A DNA stretch of 42,914 bases from a bacterium (GTDB lineage: Bacteria; Patescibacteriota; Gracilibacteria; Absconditabacterales; Absconditicoccaceae): contig JAHDCT010000001.1 of the NCBI GenBank assembly GCA_020629735.1, positions 1 through 42,914 on the forward strand. The letters are read 5' to 3'. This document shows positions 1-10,786 of this stretch, one piece after another. The notes below the pieces were generated by a model, which was not told the DNA's origin, ran no database searches, and saw only the letters and a list, made by a program, of their open reading frames with translations. Position numbers and translations under genes: made by a program. Position 1 is the stretch's first letter; each line of letters opens with the position of its first letter.

Positions 1-720
1 TCGAAATAGAACGAAAAATGATTTAGAGATAAAGGTCATGGAATATGGCAATAAACACCTTAGAGAATGACCTGTTAGATTGAGTATGAGACTGTACGAT
101 GAATGTTGAATCAAGATACATCAATCAACTGTATACAGGATCTTGAAAAGAAAAGGTATTAGATATTACGAGGAGTATGCTAGAAGTAGAAAACGTAGGA
201 AGAAGAATAGGTTGTATGCTTTGGACACACCATGAGTTCAGGTACAAGTTGATACTTCTTTCCCTTACTGACGTAAGAGAAATTTAGTGATATATAGTGC
301 TATAGATGATTGTACGAGGAAAGTATATTCGAGAGCTTATAGAAGGCATTGTTGAGTACAACGAAAAGATTCATTATGAGCTTAAGAAAGAATATTGAGT
401 ATTGTATACAGACTATAAGAACAGATCAAGGTACAGAGTTCAGTGCTACTATTAGTGATTGGTTGTGAGCAAGATGAATTAAACATATCAAGAATGAAGC
501 CTATCATCCAGAGCACAATGGGAAAGTTGAAAGATATCATAGGACAATGAAAGAAGAAGCAATTAGTAAACGAGATCCAGATATAACATTACAGGAAGCG
601 AATTATCTGCTCCGACATCGAATGGCCTATTATAATAGATCCAGAAGACATACCTGATTATGAATGAACTGACTAACTCCTAAACAAAAACTGAAAAATG
701 TAACCTTGATTCTGCAATAG
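1..720 (+). mobile_element. IS481-like (rve/DDE) transposase gene remnant, 5' end cut by window edge, internally frameshifted
   Basis: With UGA=Gly, frame 2 (2..~342) reads ...STVYRILKRKGIRYYEEY...LDTPGVQVQVDTSFPYGRKRNLVIYSAIDDCTRKVYSRAY. Frame 1 (~343..720) reads ...IQTIRTDQGTEFSATISDWLGARGIKHIKNEAYHPEHNGKVERYHRTMKEE...YYNRSRRHTGLGMNGLTPKQKL, with stop TAG at 718-720. The D..D..E context is typical of IS481/IS3-type integrase-core transposases. Frame 2 hits TAA at 383-385 and frame 1 has TAG at 340-342, so the two halves need a frameshift. Element ends were not identified. Confidence 0.8.
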
Positions 721-957
721 AACAACCCTCTAACTTGCCCCTAAACCTTACTTTCACTAATTTCCTTGACTTCCTCTTTTAGAAATATATAAAAAATCAC
801 TTTACTTAAATAAAGTAGCATATGTTACTTTTCTCATCATTTTATCTTATTCATCATCATGCCGCTCAAAAGCATTGTTTCTGGATAGGCTAAATGTGTA
901 TTTCATACTTCAACCTTCTCCAGACATGGGGATTTTTTTATTCTTAGATACAACACT

Positions 958-1197
958 ATGAAAAATCTAACATGTAAAAATAAGACACAACTTAAAAAAC
1001 AAGCGGAAAATTTCTTAACTAGAACGAATACTCTTACCAAGCAACAATCTTGAGCACTACTTAACTCACTAGACTCTACAAGTTTAAAAGACACATCTGC
1101 TGTCAAAAAGATGATACAGAGCAAGGTTTGAAACGAGGTTGATGTAAATTTACTGCGAAAAGACTATGCTACCTCACTAAAAGGCAAAAAGACATAA
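958..1197 (+). CDS. small hypothetical protein (79 aa)
   Basis: ATG at 958, TAA at 1195-1197, two in-frame TGA read as Gly (MKNLTCKNKTQLKKQAENFLTRTNTLTKQQSGALLNSL...). An intrinsic terminator follows directly. No family recognised. Confidence 0.4.
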
Positions 1198-1213
1198 CGC
1201 TCTGTACAAGTTC

Positions 1214-1237
1214 AAAACTCGCTAAAGCGAGTTTTTT
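1214..1237 (+). terminator. rho-independent terminator
   Basis: Stem AACTCGC / GCGAGTT with loop TAAA, then a T-run (1232-1237). Confidence 0.6.
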
Positions 1238-1304
1238 AGTACCTAGGAATAAAGACCATTACGACACTAGCACATACCCTAGATTTATCCTAAAGCCTCT
1301 TACC

Positions 1305-2090
1305 CTATTTTCATTTTTTTTCTTCCACCACCTTGAGCTGCTCAAACAGAAAATGCAGCATGGTCGTTACTGCTTTACTCGAAATCTTTAATCCAAAAGG
1401 CACTTGTTCAAAGAGTACTATATAGAGATGAGATCATACTAGGTAAAAGTTTACTGCAGAATTTCACGCTGGTAATTCAAAGAGTTCTTCCATGGAGGTT
1501 GAGCGCGAAAGATACTCCATCAAAGAAATTCCGTTTGCTAAAAGGATGTCAGTATACACTTGTTTTTTCTTAAGTCTTTGAAAGGTATCTTGTGCATAGT
1601 CCTGAAGGCTCTTTGGTGCTGTTCCATACATATCTAAGGTGTTTGATGCTATAACTGTGATGACTCATCGTCATTTATCGATGGTTGTTGCATAGAGATC
1701 ATCGTAGAGGTTTTCTATTCCGCTCATCCCGTCAAAGAGGCTAATTTTGGGAGCAAAGGAATATCTTTTTTCATCGTATTGCGTGAAATGCTCTAACACT
1801 TCTGGCAAGTCTTTTTCTAAAGCTGATGCTCAAGACAATTTTTGTTGCACTTTACGCTGCAGCACTGAGATATCTTCTACGTAATAGTAGGCTACTCCTC
1901 CCCTTCTTGTTTTTGCGAGAAATCCTTTTTTTACTAATTTTTCAAGAGCCTTATACACCTTTGTTCTTTCTTCTCAGCATTGCTTAGCAATGTATGAGGC
2001 TGGCCTTGATCATCATGCGTAGACATGCTCAAATACCTTGCTTTCTGTCTCTGTGCATCCAAGCTTCTGCAGAAATATGTGAATATTCAT
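1305..2090 (-). CDS. TrmB-family transcriptional regulator (261 aa)
   Basis: Walked codon by codon: ATG at 2090, TAG at 1305-1307, 9 in-frame TGA out of 18 Gly codons. The N-terminal wHTH MNIHIFLQKLGCTETESKVFEHVYAGGSRPASYIAKQCGEERTKVYKALEKLVKKGFLAKTRRGGVAYYYV resembles TrmB-type regulators. Confidence 0.8.
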
Positions 2091-2167
2091 TTTCTCTTAA
2101 AACATTTATTTAAAACATTTTTTCAACATGTTGTGAACATAGTTTCACAAAAAATTATATTTTATCA

Positions 2168-2197
2168 TTGACAAAAAACAAGTCAATTCTATATACT
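2168..2197 (+). promoter_or_regulatory. sigma70-like promoter of Cys-rich protein gene
   Basis: TTGACA (2168-2173), 18-nt spacer, TATACT (2192-2197). The ATG at 2204 lies about 7 nt after the -10, so the mRNA would be leaderless or nearly so. Confidence 0.5.
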
Positions 2198-2203
2198 GTG
2201 TTT

Positions 2204-3922
2204 ATGAATTATACAACTAAAGAAGCTTACCTAGCAATCTCAAAACAATTTAGCGACCCAATTCTTGAGCGAAAATCTTGTCGCCTTTCGTGAAAAGAGT
2301 TTCCTCTTTTTTCTTCTGAAAGAGATCGTTTTAAGAAATTTTCTTATGATTTGTGAAACTCTCGCATCACTATTCCTTACCCAACCCTCTGCCCTGAGGA
2401 AAGAATAAGAAGAAGATTGATGTTTAGAAATGAGAGGGTCTTATATAAAAGAAACTGTGATTTCACCTGAAAGGAAATTATCTCAATTTACTCACCTGAA
2501 CACAAACAGGTGGTGTATAAACGCGATATATGGTGGTCAGATATGTGGGATGCTATGAAAACTGGTGTTCAAATGGATTTCACAAGACCATTTTTTGAAC
2601 AATTTGCTGAGTTGAGAGAAAAGACGCCTACTCCGAATGTTTTTATTACGGATAGTGAAAACAGTGAATACTGTAATCATGTAGGTGAAATGAAAAGTTG
2701 TTTTATGGTTACTGCTGCTTGGAGAAATGATATGTGTCTCTATTCTTCGAATATTCGAGATTGCGTTAACTGTTGTGATTTACTTGAATGTTCACACTGC
2801 CACTGGAGTTATGAATGCACAAACTGTGAACATTGCTACAAACTTTTTTGGTCTGAATCAAGCGAGCACTGTAAAGACAGCATGTTCCTTACTGATTGCC
2901 TTTCTTGCTCTTCTTGTCTCTGATGCTGGTGACTAGAGCATAAGGAATACCATATTTTTAATAAAGCGAGCACCAAAGAACAGTATGAAAAAACAAAAAA
3001 AAGACTTCTTAGCAGTAATGAATTTCGCCAGCAATTTCTACAAACATATCTTTCTCTTCGCTCTGTTCTTTTACAACATGAGAGATGAATCAAATGATCA
3101 GATGCATGTTTATGAGATAAAATAACTGACTCGAGTAATTCGCTTTTTTGTTTTAACGTCTGAGATGCTCAAGATTGTTTGTATTGTGAAAATGGCGCAC
3201 TGTGATTCACTGATTGCCAAGATTGACTAGGAATCTGAGTGAATAGCTCACTCATGTACGAGATCATCGATACTGGGCTCAACAGTACGCGTTGTTTTTT
3301 CTCTGCTGTATGACACTCTTGCCCCAACTCAACTTATATTTGGAACTGCCACACCTCATCCTATCTTTTTTGATGTGCAGGATTACGCGATAAAAAATAC
3401 TGCATTCTCAATACACAATATACTCAACATGAGTTTGAGACTCTTGTGCCTAAAATTATTAATCATATGAAGGAAACCTGAGAACGAGGTGAGTTTTTTC
3501 CTGCTTCTTGCTCACCTTTTTGCTATAACGAAACAAGAGCTCAAGATTATTTTCCGTGCACTAAAGACCAGGCAGTGTGAAATAATTGGAAGTGGCTAGA
3601 CTCATTCCCTGATCCTAAAGTCCCACAATGAATAGAAACGCTCTGTAAGAAAAATTTCAACTCTCTCCAACGAGATACTTTGCAACAAGACTCTAGTATT
3701 TACAAAAAAGTATTTAGCTGCGAAAAAAGTTCTAGACCTTATAGAATACAACCCGTTGAATTAAAGTTCTACCACACACTTTGATTACCTCTTCCTTCTT
3801 TGCATCCAGATAAAAGACACTTAGCGAGATTCTTGAAAAGGCCTGGGAGGTCAGCTGGTGTTACTTATGCATCAAATTGAACTGAAAAACTCAACTTTCT
3901 TAAACGTTCTCATCACTTTTAA
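2204..3922 (+). CDS. Cys-rich tandem-repeat protein, paralogue 1 (572 aa), function unknown
   Basis: Frame checked line by line and only TGA interrupts it. N-terminus ...CRLSGKEFPLFSSERDRFKKFSY...PYPTLCPEERIRRRLMFRNERVLYKRNCDFTGKEIISIYSPEHKQVVYKRDIWWSDMWD. Centre has degenerate Cys-containing repeats ...CVNCCDLLECSHCHWSYECTNCEHCYKLFWSESSEHCKDSMFLTDCLSCSSCLGCWGL...CAGLRDKKYCILNTQYTQHEF. C-terminus ...YRIQPVELKFYHTLGLPLPSLHPDKRHLARF. Paralogous to 39820..41325 and 41338..42819. Confidence 0.85.
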
Positions 3923-4010
3923 TAAAATCTCTACATACACTATCATTGCCCTTGCTTTAACTTCATTAGCATGTATATAGAAAGTAATTCATCTACTCAC
4001 TTTTTTTGAA

Positions 4011-4208
4011 ATGGTCACCTGATCTTGACTAGTTAATGTAGCTTTAGAAATTAAAAACTGATACTGAGATAAGGTTCTTGATCTTTACCAAAAAACAAAA
4101 GAAATCATTAAAGATTCTTGATTCAAGACTGCACGTGAGGTAACAAGATCTTATGAGAAAACTGAAGAAATACACCAAAGGACTAAGTCTTCTTCTTGAT
4201 CTACATAG
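4011..4208 (+). CDS. possible small protein (65 aa)
   Basis: ATG at 4011, TAG at 4206-4208, five in-frame TGA (MVTGSGLVNVALEIKNGYGDKVLDLYQKTKEIIKDSGFKTAREVTRSYEKTEEIHQRTKSSSGST). No family and no clear signals. Confidence 0.25.
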
Positions 4209-4347
4209 ATTACTTTTTCTACACATCATTCTAGCCTCATCTCATTTACCAAGAATTTCAAAATCCGACAAAATCATCAAACTCTATTGACTTAATATCA
4301 AATCATATTAACATATTTTCGCTTTATAAATTTAAATTTTTCTTCTC

Positions 4348-5631
4348 ATGAGTACATTCTGAAGCGTTCAAACATTCGTTGACCACTCTAATCTGGTCAT
4401 AGAAAAAGATAAAAAAATCGCTGCTTGGCAAAGCGATGTTGAAAAGTGAAAACTTGAGGAAGCTACTAAAGAAATCATTACTACTTCAATCTCAAATACT
4501 CAATCTGAGGTAAAAGAACTTATTGAATGAAAATACTCATCAGTAGACGAACTCAAAGAACACCTCATGCTTATTGCTACTCTCAAAAAAGAGCTCAATG
4601 AATTAAAGCAAAGAGTACTTTCGATTCCTAAGGTCTGAGAGTATGTTGACGAGTGAATACAATTTTCACTCACTAAAGTTCTATGAGACATCTGAGTCAA
4701 AATTCAAAATCCTAATGACTTGTTACATCTTGATCAACTGAATTACCCAAGTGCCCTTAGTGAGATTGGAAGCACCACGGCATTCACAAAGATCCTATCA
4801 ATGGAAGAAGAATGAGCACTCATTCAGCGCTCTATCAATACCCATAATACACATATGGATCAGCTTAGAGAAGAAGTAAAAAAAGATGAGTACAAATCCC
4901 ATGACCTCAAGACCTATACAGAAGACAGCCGTCACACTAGTACCGTATATTTCAAAACTGAGTGAGATGAGACCCTATATTCTACTCATCAAAATACTGA
5001 GAGTGTCTGAACTTTAAAGAGATGAAGTGACTACTTCAGTAAGTGACTTGCTCGTTTTGAAAACTGAGAGGCAAAATTTCTCACTACTATGTCGTTCTAT
5101 AAGGTTATAGAAGTTTGAAATTACTTTTTCATGAATAAAGAGGATCATGGTCCGTTTGCAATTTTTGATAGAGAAGGGAATATACTTACACCATTTATGT
5201 ACCACAATGTTAAGATTAAAAAGTCACAGAAACATATCGTTCATGTAGACACAGATTATAGGACCTATGTAGACTTCTTGGAAAGATGAGTTACTAACTC
5301 TAACCACTCTACTCAGTTCTATGTTGACCTCAGCTCAGATGAAACTGTTTGAAACCTTCTTCAAAATGTTCCTGCTTGAAATGCCACAACTGGAAGATTA
5401 GAAAAAATAGAAATTACGAGAAAACTTGTACATGGAGAAGTCACTCTTGAAACTGAGTGCGTTGACGTTGTTCATCTATGAATAGTAAGAAAGAAACTTA
5501 AGGGACTTGGTATTGCAACTCTTAAAGATGCTAAGAAGAGAAAAGAAGAGATTCTTGGTTGTTCTCCAACTGTTATCTCTACGATGAAAAACATCTTTAG
5601 AGATGCTAAGAACTTATCTTGGGATGAATAG
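4348..5631 (+). CDS. hypothetical protein (427 aa)
   Basis: ATG at 4348, TAG at 5629-5631. Frame checked line by line with many in-frame TGA and no TAA/TAG. Coiled-coil-like N-terminal half (...EVKELIEGKYSSVDELKEHLMLIATLKKELNELKQRV...). No family recognised. Confidence 0.8.
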
Positions 5632-5651
5632 AATTATTAAGATAGATTAAT

Positions 5652-5687
5652 AAAAAAAGAGAACCTATGAATGGCTCTCTTTTTTTT
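5652..5687. terminator. bidirectional intrinsic terminator between convergent genes
   Basis: A-run (5652-5658), stem AGAGAACC / GGCTCTCT with one mismatch, T-run (5681-5687). Lies between the 3' ends of 4348..5631 (+) and 5794..7011 (-). Confidence 0.6.
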
Positions 5688-5793
5688 ATGCTCTTCTTTG
5701 AAACTCTGATTTATGTGATTTCAATTTACTTATTTTTTCCCCTTTTTTGTTCAAGGTTTTGCAGCGATACCTTTTCTACCTTATCATTACTGA

Positions 5794-7011
5794 TTACTCA
5801 AATTCATGTGCATCAATCGGATAGTACCCTATAATTTGTCTGTTCGTTGGATGACCTATTGCTAGTCACACATATACTCTATCACTTATGTAGGCAATTT
5901 CTCCTAAGTATACACGTTCGTTGATTCATCGATTTCTTTGGAGTTCTTCTGGGATACTTCCATCTACCACACCTTCTACGGTGTAGTTTCTTAGGTTAAT
6001 CTTATAGACGAAATCGTCTCTATCTATTACGTATGCATAGTTTTCGTTCTCGTCAATCGCTGCATCCGTTGGAAAATTTTCTACTTCAATTTGAGCTATA
6101 TGTGTCAGTGAGTTACTGTCTACAATTTGCAATGCTTTTGTCGACGTTAGGTAGAATATTTTTGAACCATCTTTACTCACCTGTAAAAATTTCGCTCATG
6201 ATCAAAGATCTCCATGATCAGATTCGTCAATGGTAATCGTTTGACCTAGCTCATTGGTTCCATGGCGAGTAATGTTTGCCGGACTTGACGACATTGGTGC
6301 TAAATAAATTTTCTTAGTTGCGGGATCAGCGCCAATCAAGGTTCTGCCTGTATTACTATACTGATTCGTGTTTTGATGGTTATTTTCTAATAAATCCCCT
6401 GATGTCATGCTGAATATAGCAAGGTCTTCTCGTCCATCACCAAAATGTGTTACATAGAGATTGTCTCCAATAACTGCTATATCAAATGGGTTGTATCCTA
6501 CGTTATATTCGTCGACCACGTTCATATTCGTCACGTCAACTTTTGCTACAAAGGTAGATCATTTGTTTGCTACGTAGGCATATTTTCCTTCTAGTGTTAC
6601 TGCAACTGGTTGAGATCACACAAAGACAGAGTCCATGATATACATATGCTGGTCTAGCTTATAGAAGCTGTTTGTGTGAGGTGAAACACCGAATACTCCA
6701 TACTGATTTTGCTGTGGGTCACTCCCTCCTTCAAGCCCGAATACCTGTCAGATAATTTCATCAACACTTGTAAGAATGAAACTGTATCTTTCGTTTGAAG
6801 CATAGAGTCAAATTACTCCTCAAAGCTTCTGATGAATTTTATACAGCCTTTTATGCCCTCCATCTTTGCTTGCTACATTTCAAATCATGTCAGCAACCTG
6901 TACGATCAGCTGTGCATCTGCTTGCGATGGTTGATACTCAGCGAAAGCTACTGGAGTAAGGAGCAGACTTATACTTGATGCCATTCAGAAAAACAGTGTT
7001 TTGATATTCAT
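5794..7011 (-). CDS. secreted YVTN-type beta-propeller repeat protein (405 aa)
   Basis: ATG at 7011, TAA at 5794-5796, frame checked. Signal-peptide-like MNIKTLFFGMASSISLLLTPVAFAEY. Repeats such as GKYAYVANKGSTFVAKVDVTNMNVVDEYNVGYNPFDIAVIGDNLYVTHFGD and KIFYLTSTKALQIVDSNSLTHIAQIEV...NYAYVIDRDDFVYKINL match the 40-residue YVTN beta-propeller pattern. Confidence 0.75.
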
Positions 7012-7217
7012 ATGTGTGTTTATGAGATAAATATGAGCTATGTATAGCTACGGCGCGATGGTTTACAAAGGGAATCGGTGCTTAGAAAAACTAGAATACA
7101 CTACGCTACAAGTAAGTGTGATAAAAAAAATTGCAAATATCTTTAGTTATATTACTGGGTTATTCATAATCTCTTATCTTTTCACCTCGCTGAATACTTT
7201 GTTTCTACGATTTTTTC

Positions 7218-7964
7218 CTACTTACCTTTGAGCATGTATCCTCAATCAACAAGGATATTTTCACCGGTAATATATTTTGCTTCATCTCAGGCAAGAAATA
7301 AAGCTACAGGTGCTATGTCATCCGGGGTTCCCAATCTCGAAAGGAGTATACCTCAATCAATTCTTTCTTTAGTCTCATCTGACCATTTCTGTGACCGGCC
7401 TGTTTGTATATATCCTGGAGATATCGCGTTACATCTAATATTGTCTTTCCCATAAGTTTTTGCGATACTTCTTGTGATACTTAAGACTCACGCTTTAGCT
7501 GCTGCATATGTTATACTACTTATCGTCGAAAGCTGAGGTATTCACTTCATTGAAGCTATATTGACTATACTTCATCCTCATTTTTTTTGCATAGCTGGAA
7601 TGACTGATTGCATACAGTATAATGATCATAAGACATTCACCTCTCGTTCAGCCAAAGATTTCTTCCCATCAAATTCTTCTATTTTCTTTATATCTACCGT
7701 TTTGACTCCAGCATTGTTTATCAAACAGTCTATACACCCATGATGCTTAATATATTCTCATATTTCCTTTTTTACTGTCTCCTGATCTGATATATCAAAA
7801 AACAACTTATCTGATCACTCAAGATCTTTGTGGATATTTTTTAGCTCATCAGTATCAGTCTTGGAATGCACAATCACTTTCCATCACTCTTGATGAGCAA
7901 GTTGTGCAATTCATTTACCAATTCATGAATCAGATCCTGTAACTAGGATAGTTTTTTGAGACAT
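7218..7964 (-). CDS. short-chain dehydrogenase/reductase (SDR, FabG-like; 248 aa)
   Basis: ATG at 7964, TAG at 7218-7220, length divisible by 3. Motifs VTGSDSGIGKGIA (TGxxxGxG), LINNAGV, YAAAKAG (YxxxK), NAISPGYI and VDGGY. Several of the conserved Gly residues are encoded by TGA. Confidence 0.85.
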
Positions 7965-8190
7965 AGACAGAGACGTAAATTAAAGCAATTTTATTACATA
8001 CATAGCAAATATCATGCGTTACTTATATGAGAAAATAGCGAAAATTACAAAACTTTCTTACCTCTTACTTAATTTTTCTATCTCTCTACTGTTTTAAACA
8101 CATACATACCAATACTTATGAGTAACCGATATGCAAATACTCGAATGCATGTTCTCATGAGAACGAAGCAATTTTCCTCAATAAAAAAAA

Positions 8191-8263
8191 TGCCCCCAGC
8201 TGGACTCGAACCAGCATTACAGTCTTCGCAGGACTGTGTCCTATCCTGTTGAACGATGGGGAC
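8191..8263 (-). tRNA. tRNA-Arg, anticodon GCG
   Basis: 73-nt cloverleaf GTCCCCATCGTTCAACAGGATAGGACACAGTCCTGCGAAGACTGTAATGCTGGTTCGAGTCCAGCTGGGGGCA. Acceptor GTCCCCA/TGGGGGC (one U-G pair), D arm GTTC/GGAC with GG in the loop, anticodon stem CAGTC/GACTG with loop CTGCGAA, T arm GCTGG-TTCGAGT-CCAGC, discriminator A. No encoded CCA; a T-run follows. Confidence 0.85.
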
Positions 8264-8329
8264 ATTTACACCGCATGTTTTTAGTGAAATAGGGAGAAAT
8301 AGCAAACCTTTAAAAGGAGGAGAACCATC

Positions 8330-8357
8330 TTGACATAAAATTAATTTAAATTATAGT
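8330..8357 (+). promoter_or_regulatory. sigma70-like promoter of small membrane-protein pair
   Basis: TTGACA (8330-8335), 16-nt spacer, TATAGT (8352-8357). Confidence 0.5.
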
Positions 8358-8414
8358 AATTTCTTAGACTTAACCGTAGCTCAACCTATGTGCTGATGTT
8401 ACAAAACAACAAAA

Positions 8415-8756
8415 ATGAAAGCATTCTTCTTTAGCCATCTTATCTGGATCCTCGGTTTTCCTGTAAGTACGGCAGTTTCATACTTCCTTTACAAGGTTAC
8501 CTTGAGTGATCGATACATTGCTATTGGCTTTGAGACATGGTTTATCTACGCATCTTTATATGTGGTAGTAAACATGATTCTCACCTAATCACCAACCAGT
8601 CAAAAGACTTTTTGCTGGTTTATGGTTCTGTACCCAACGGTCTGGGACATCTTCAACTATTTCCAACCTGAGTATTCTTATGATATAAGTTTAGCCTTAT
8701 TTTCGATAGGCTCATATCTTTTTGGAGGATATATACTTTGGAAATTGATACAATAA
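8415..8756 (+). pseudogene. small multi-TM membrane protein paralogue interrupted by in-frame TAA
   Basis: Single frame: MKAFFFSHLIWILGFPVSTAVSYFLYKVTLSDRYIAIGFETWFIYASLYVVVNMILT, then TAA at 8586-8588, then SPTSQKTFCWFMVLYPTVWDIFNYFQPEYSYDISLALFSIGSYLFGGYILWKLIQ, then TAA at 8754-8756. Full length aligns with its neighbour 8780..9097. No TGA codons. Confidence 0.6.
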
Positions 8757-8779
8757 AAACACACATTAAATTTACATCT

Positions 8780-9097
8780 ATGTTACAACGTCCATTAGTG
8801 ATTTGGGGAATTGGGTATCCCTTAAGTCACACGTTATCATGCTTAATCTGCCAACCATCTTATGAAGCCTTCATTGCTATAATTGGAGCTCATATTGTCT
8901 TGTATATTCTTGTATTTGCCTCGGTGCTTATGAGTTCATCATGCAAATTACAGTTTGTGCGGTTCATGGTTGCTTTCCCACTTTGCTGCGATATTTTCCT
9001 AACAGTCCTTCCCTCTACTCAATACGATCTGTACATCACCCTTGCTGCTTTGCTTGGTTGGTATATGGGTGGGAATTACTATTGGAGTCGTAGCTAA
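8780..9097 (+). CDS. small multi-TM membrane protein (105 aa)
   Basis: ATG at 8780 (MLQRPLVIWGIGYPLSHTLSCLICQPSYEAFIAIIGAHIVLYILVFASVLMSSSCKLQFVRFMVAFPLCCDIFLTVLPSTQYDLYITLAALLGWYMGGNYYWSRS). About 4 hydrophobic helices. No TGA codons. Tandem paralogue of 8415..8756. Confidence 0.7.
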   Translation: MLQRPLVIWGIGYPLSHTLSCLICQPSYEAFIAIIGAHIVLYILVFASVLMSSSCKLQFVRFMVAFPLCCDIFLTVLPSTQYDLYITLAALLGWYMGGNYYWSRS

Positions 9098-9103
9098 ACT
9101 CCT

Positions 9104-9173
9104 CCCTGTGAGGATTCTTAATTATCATATATTATTTCCTCACAGGGGTCCCTCTTGTGGGGATTCTTTTTTG
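9104..9173 (+). terminator. long hairpin plus T-run downstream of membrane-protein pair
   Basis: 11-bp stem CCCTGTGAGGA (9104-9114) / TCCTCACAGGG (9137-9147). A second weaker hairpin follows, then a T-run at 9166-9172. Confidence 0.45.
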
Positions 9174-9295
9174 CTAGAAATACTTATTCAGACCTAGATT
9201 ATGTCAAACTTCACACCTATTGACAATAAACAATACATATTTATCATCTACTTCATCCATTTCGTCATACAGCTCTACCGTTCTCTCTTTTTTTC

Positions 9296-10678
9296 ATGGA
9301 AAATCCTTCTGATAAGCTTTGAGCACTACATCAAAACAACAGCGATTTCAACGATAAGGTTGAAATTTTTAAGCTTATCTGCTCAGAGGCGCTTACTTTT
9401 GATATAGAAGCACTTCTTACACAGTTGCTTGAGAAAAATAAATTTAATAGTGATAGTCTTTACTGATTTACTGGTGTTATTACTGAAGCGAATATTATTA
9501 ATTATTATGAAGTACAAGATGTATACGACACATATTGAGAAGAACTGAGCATAGAAGATCTCTGAGTGTTTCATACACTTCGCTACTTACCCAGAGATTA
9601 TCTTACTTTTCTTCATACGGTTCATGCACTATCATCAAATGTATCAAAGCATCCTCTCCATCACCAACTCTTACATTTACCACATGAGAGCAGAGATGCG
9701 GCTTTAGCAGAATTCTTCTATATCACCTCACCGATAACTGCTTGGTTGCATTGAAATCTGTTTCAGTTACGAGAAATCTTACAAGAAAACATTATTCAGA
9801 ATACGGACTGATCTACTACGGTCTACCTTCCCTTTGGAGCTAAAAGAGAGCGTCAGACGGGGTATACCTATAATCCTACTACGCATAGTTCTCACGCATT
9901 AAGCTCTCAACAAACTTCTGCTCTTGAAGAGATTTTACCAGGTCAGATGACGATTGATGTTTTTTCTACTAATCCATTAGCAAAGGAAATGTTATTTGGT
10001 TTTGCCTATCAAGAGTGAACCGCTTATTTAAAGCAGATATCACTAGAGACTTTTTGAAGGGTTGAATATAAGATTGACGAAAAACAGATGAAAGCCTGTC
10101 TTGAAATTCTAAATACTTCTGAATCTATTCAGGAAAGCTTTCAAATGCTTGATAGTGCATTTGTAAGGGCAAATACCCTTTCTCAGTCGCATGCATATAA
10201 TGCTTTGTTCTTAGCTATACAGGAGAGACTCAATAAGAGCTTTGACTGAGTTTGATCTGAGCCAGAGTGAGCTGTACACCATACCATCGAGGCACTTTTG
10301 GATATAGATAGCTGAGCATATGACTATAGCTGATTTTTGATATATCAAAATCCTGCTATAATTTCCCACTTAAACTCATTGATCAAAACATATTCTCATG
10401 GGTCACCTACTCTTATAGGAATTTCTTACTCTGAAAAAGATAAAGCCATTGAAATTGGTATTGACAAGCTTACTCATCATTGGGACTGAGATGATACGTG
10501 AATTACCTTAGATATGTTTTGATATAAGTGAAAAATCTTTCCGTTTAAACATTTTATCCCTTTCTTGTGAATTGAGGATGGGAAATTTATGATTGAGCAT
10601 GAAGGGGGAATATCCTGATTTACTCCTGAGGATATTATTCAGTTGTTTGATGTATTGTATATTATTGAGAAGCAGTAA
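9296..10678 (+). CDS. hypothetical protein (460 aa)
   Basis: First ATG (9296) after an in-frame TAA at 9227. TAA stop at 10676-10678. Frame checked line by line, with many in-frame TGA. No family recognised. Confidence 0.8.
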
Positions 10679-10786
10679 GTTTTTGTAAAAAATATTATTT
10701 CTAGTTGAGTCAATACGATTTGCATAAAGTTTTAAAAAACATATATTTTGCTTTTCTGTATTAAAATCAAAAATGCAAATTTAATT

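Noticed and set aside
9137-9173. Possible alternative hairpins (terminator/antiterminator) after the small membrane genes
   Set aside because: The second hairpin (CACAGGGG/CCTCTTGTG) is weak, with G-U pairs and a 3-nt loop. It is not adjacent to the T-run, and there is no leader peptide or ligand-binding fold that I can support.
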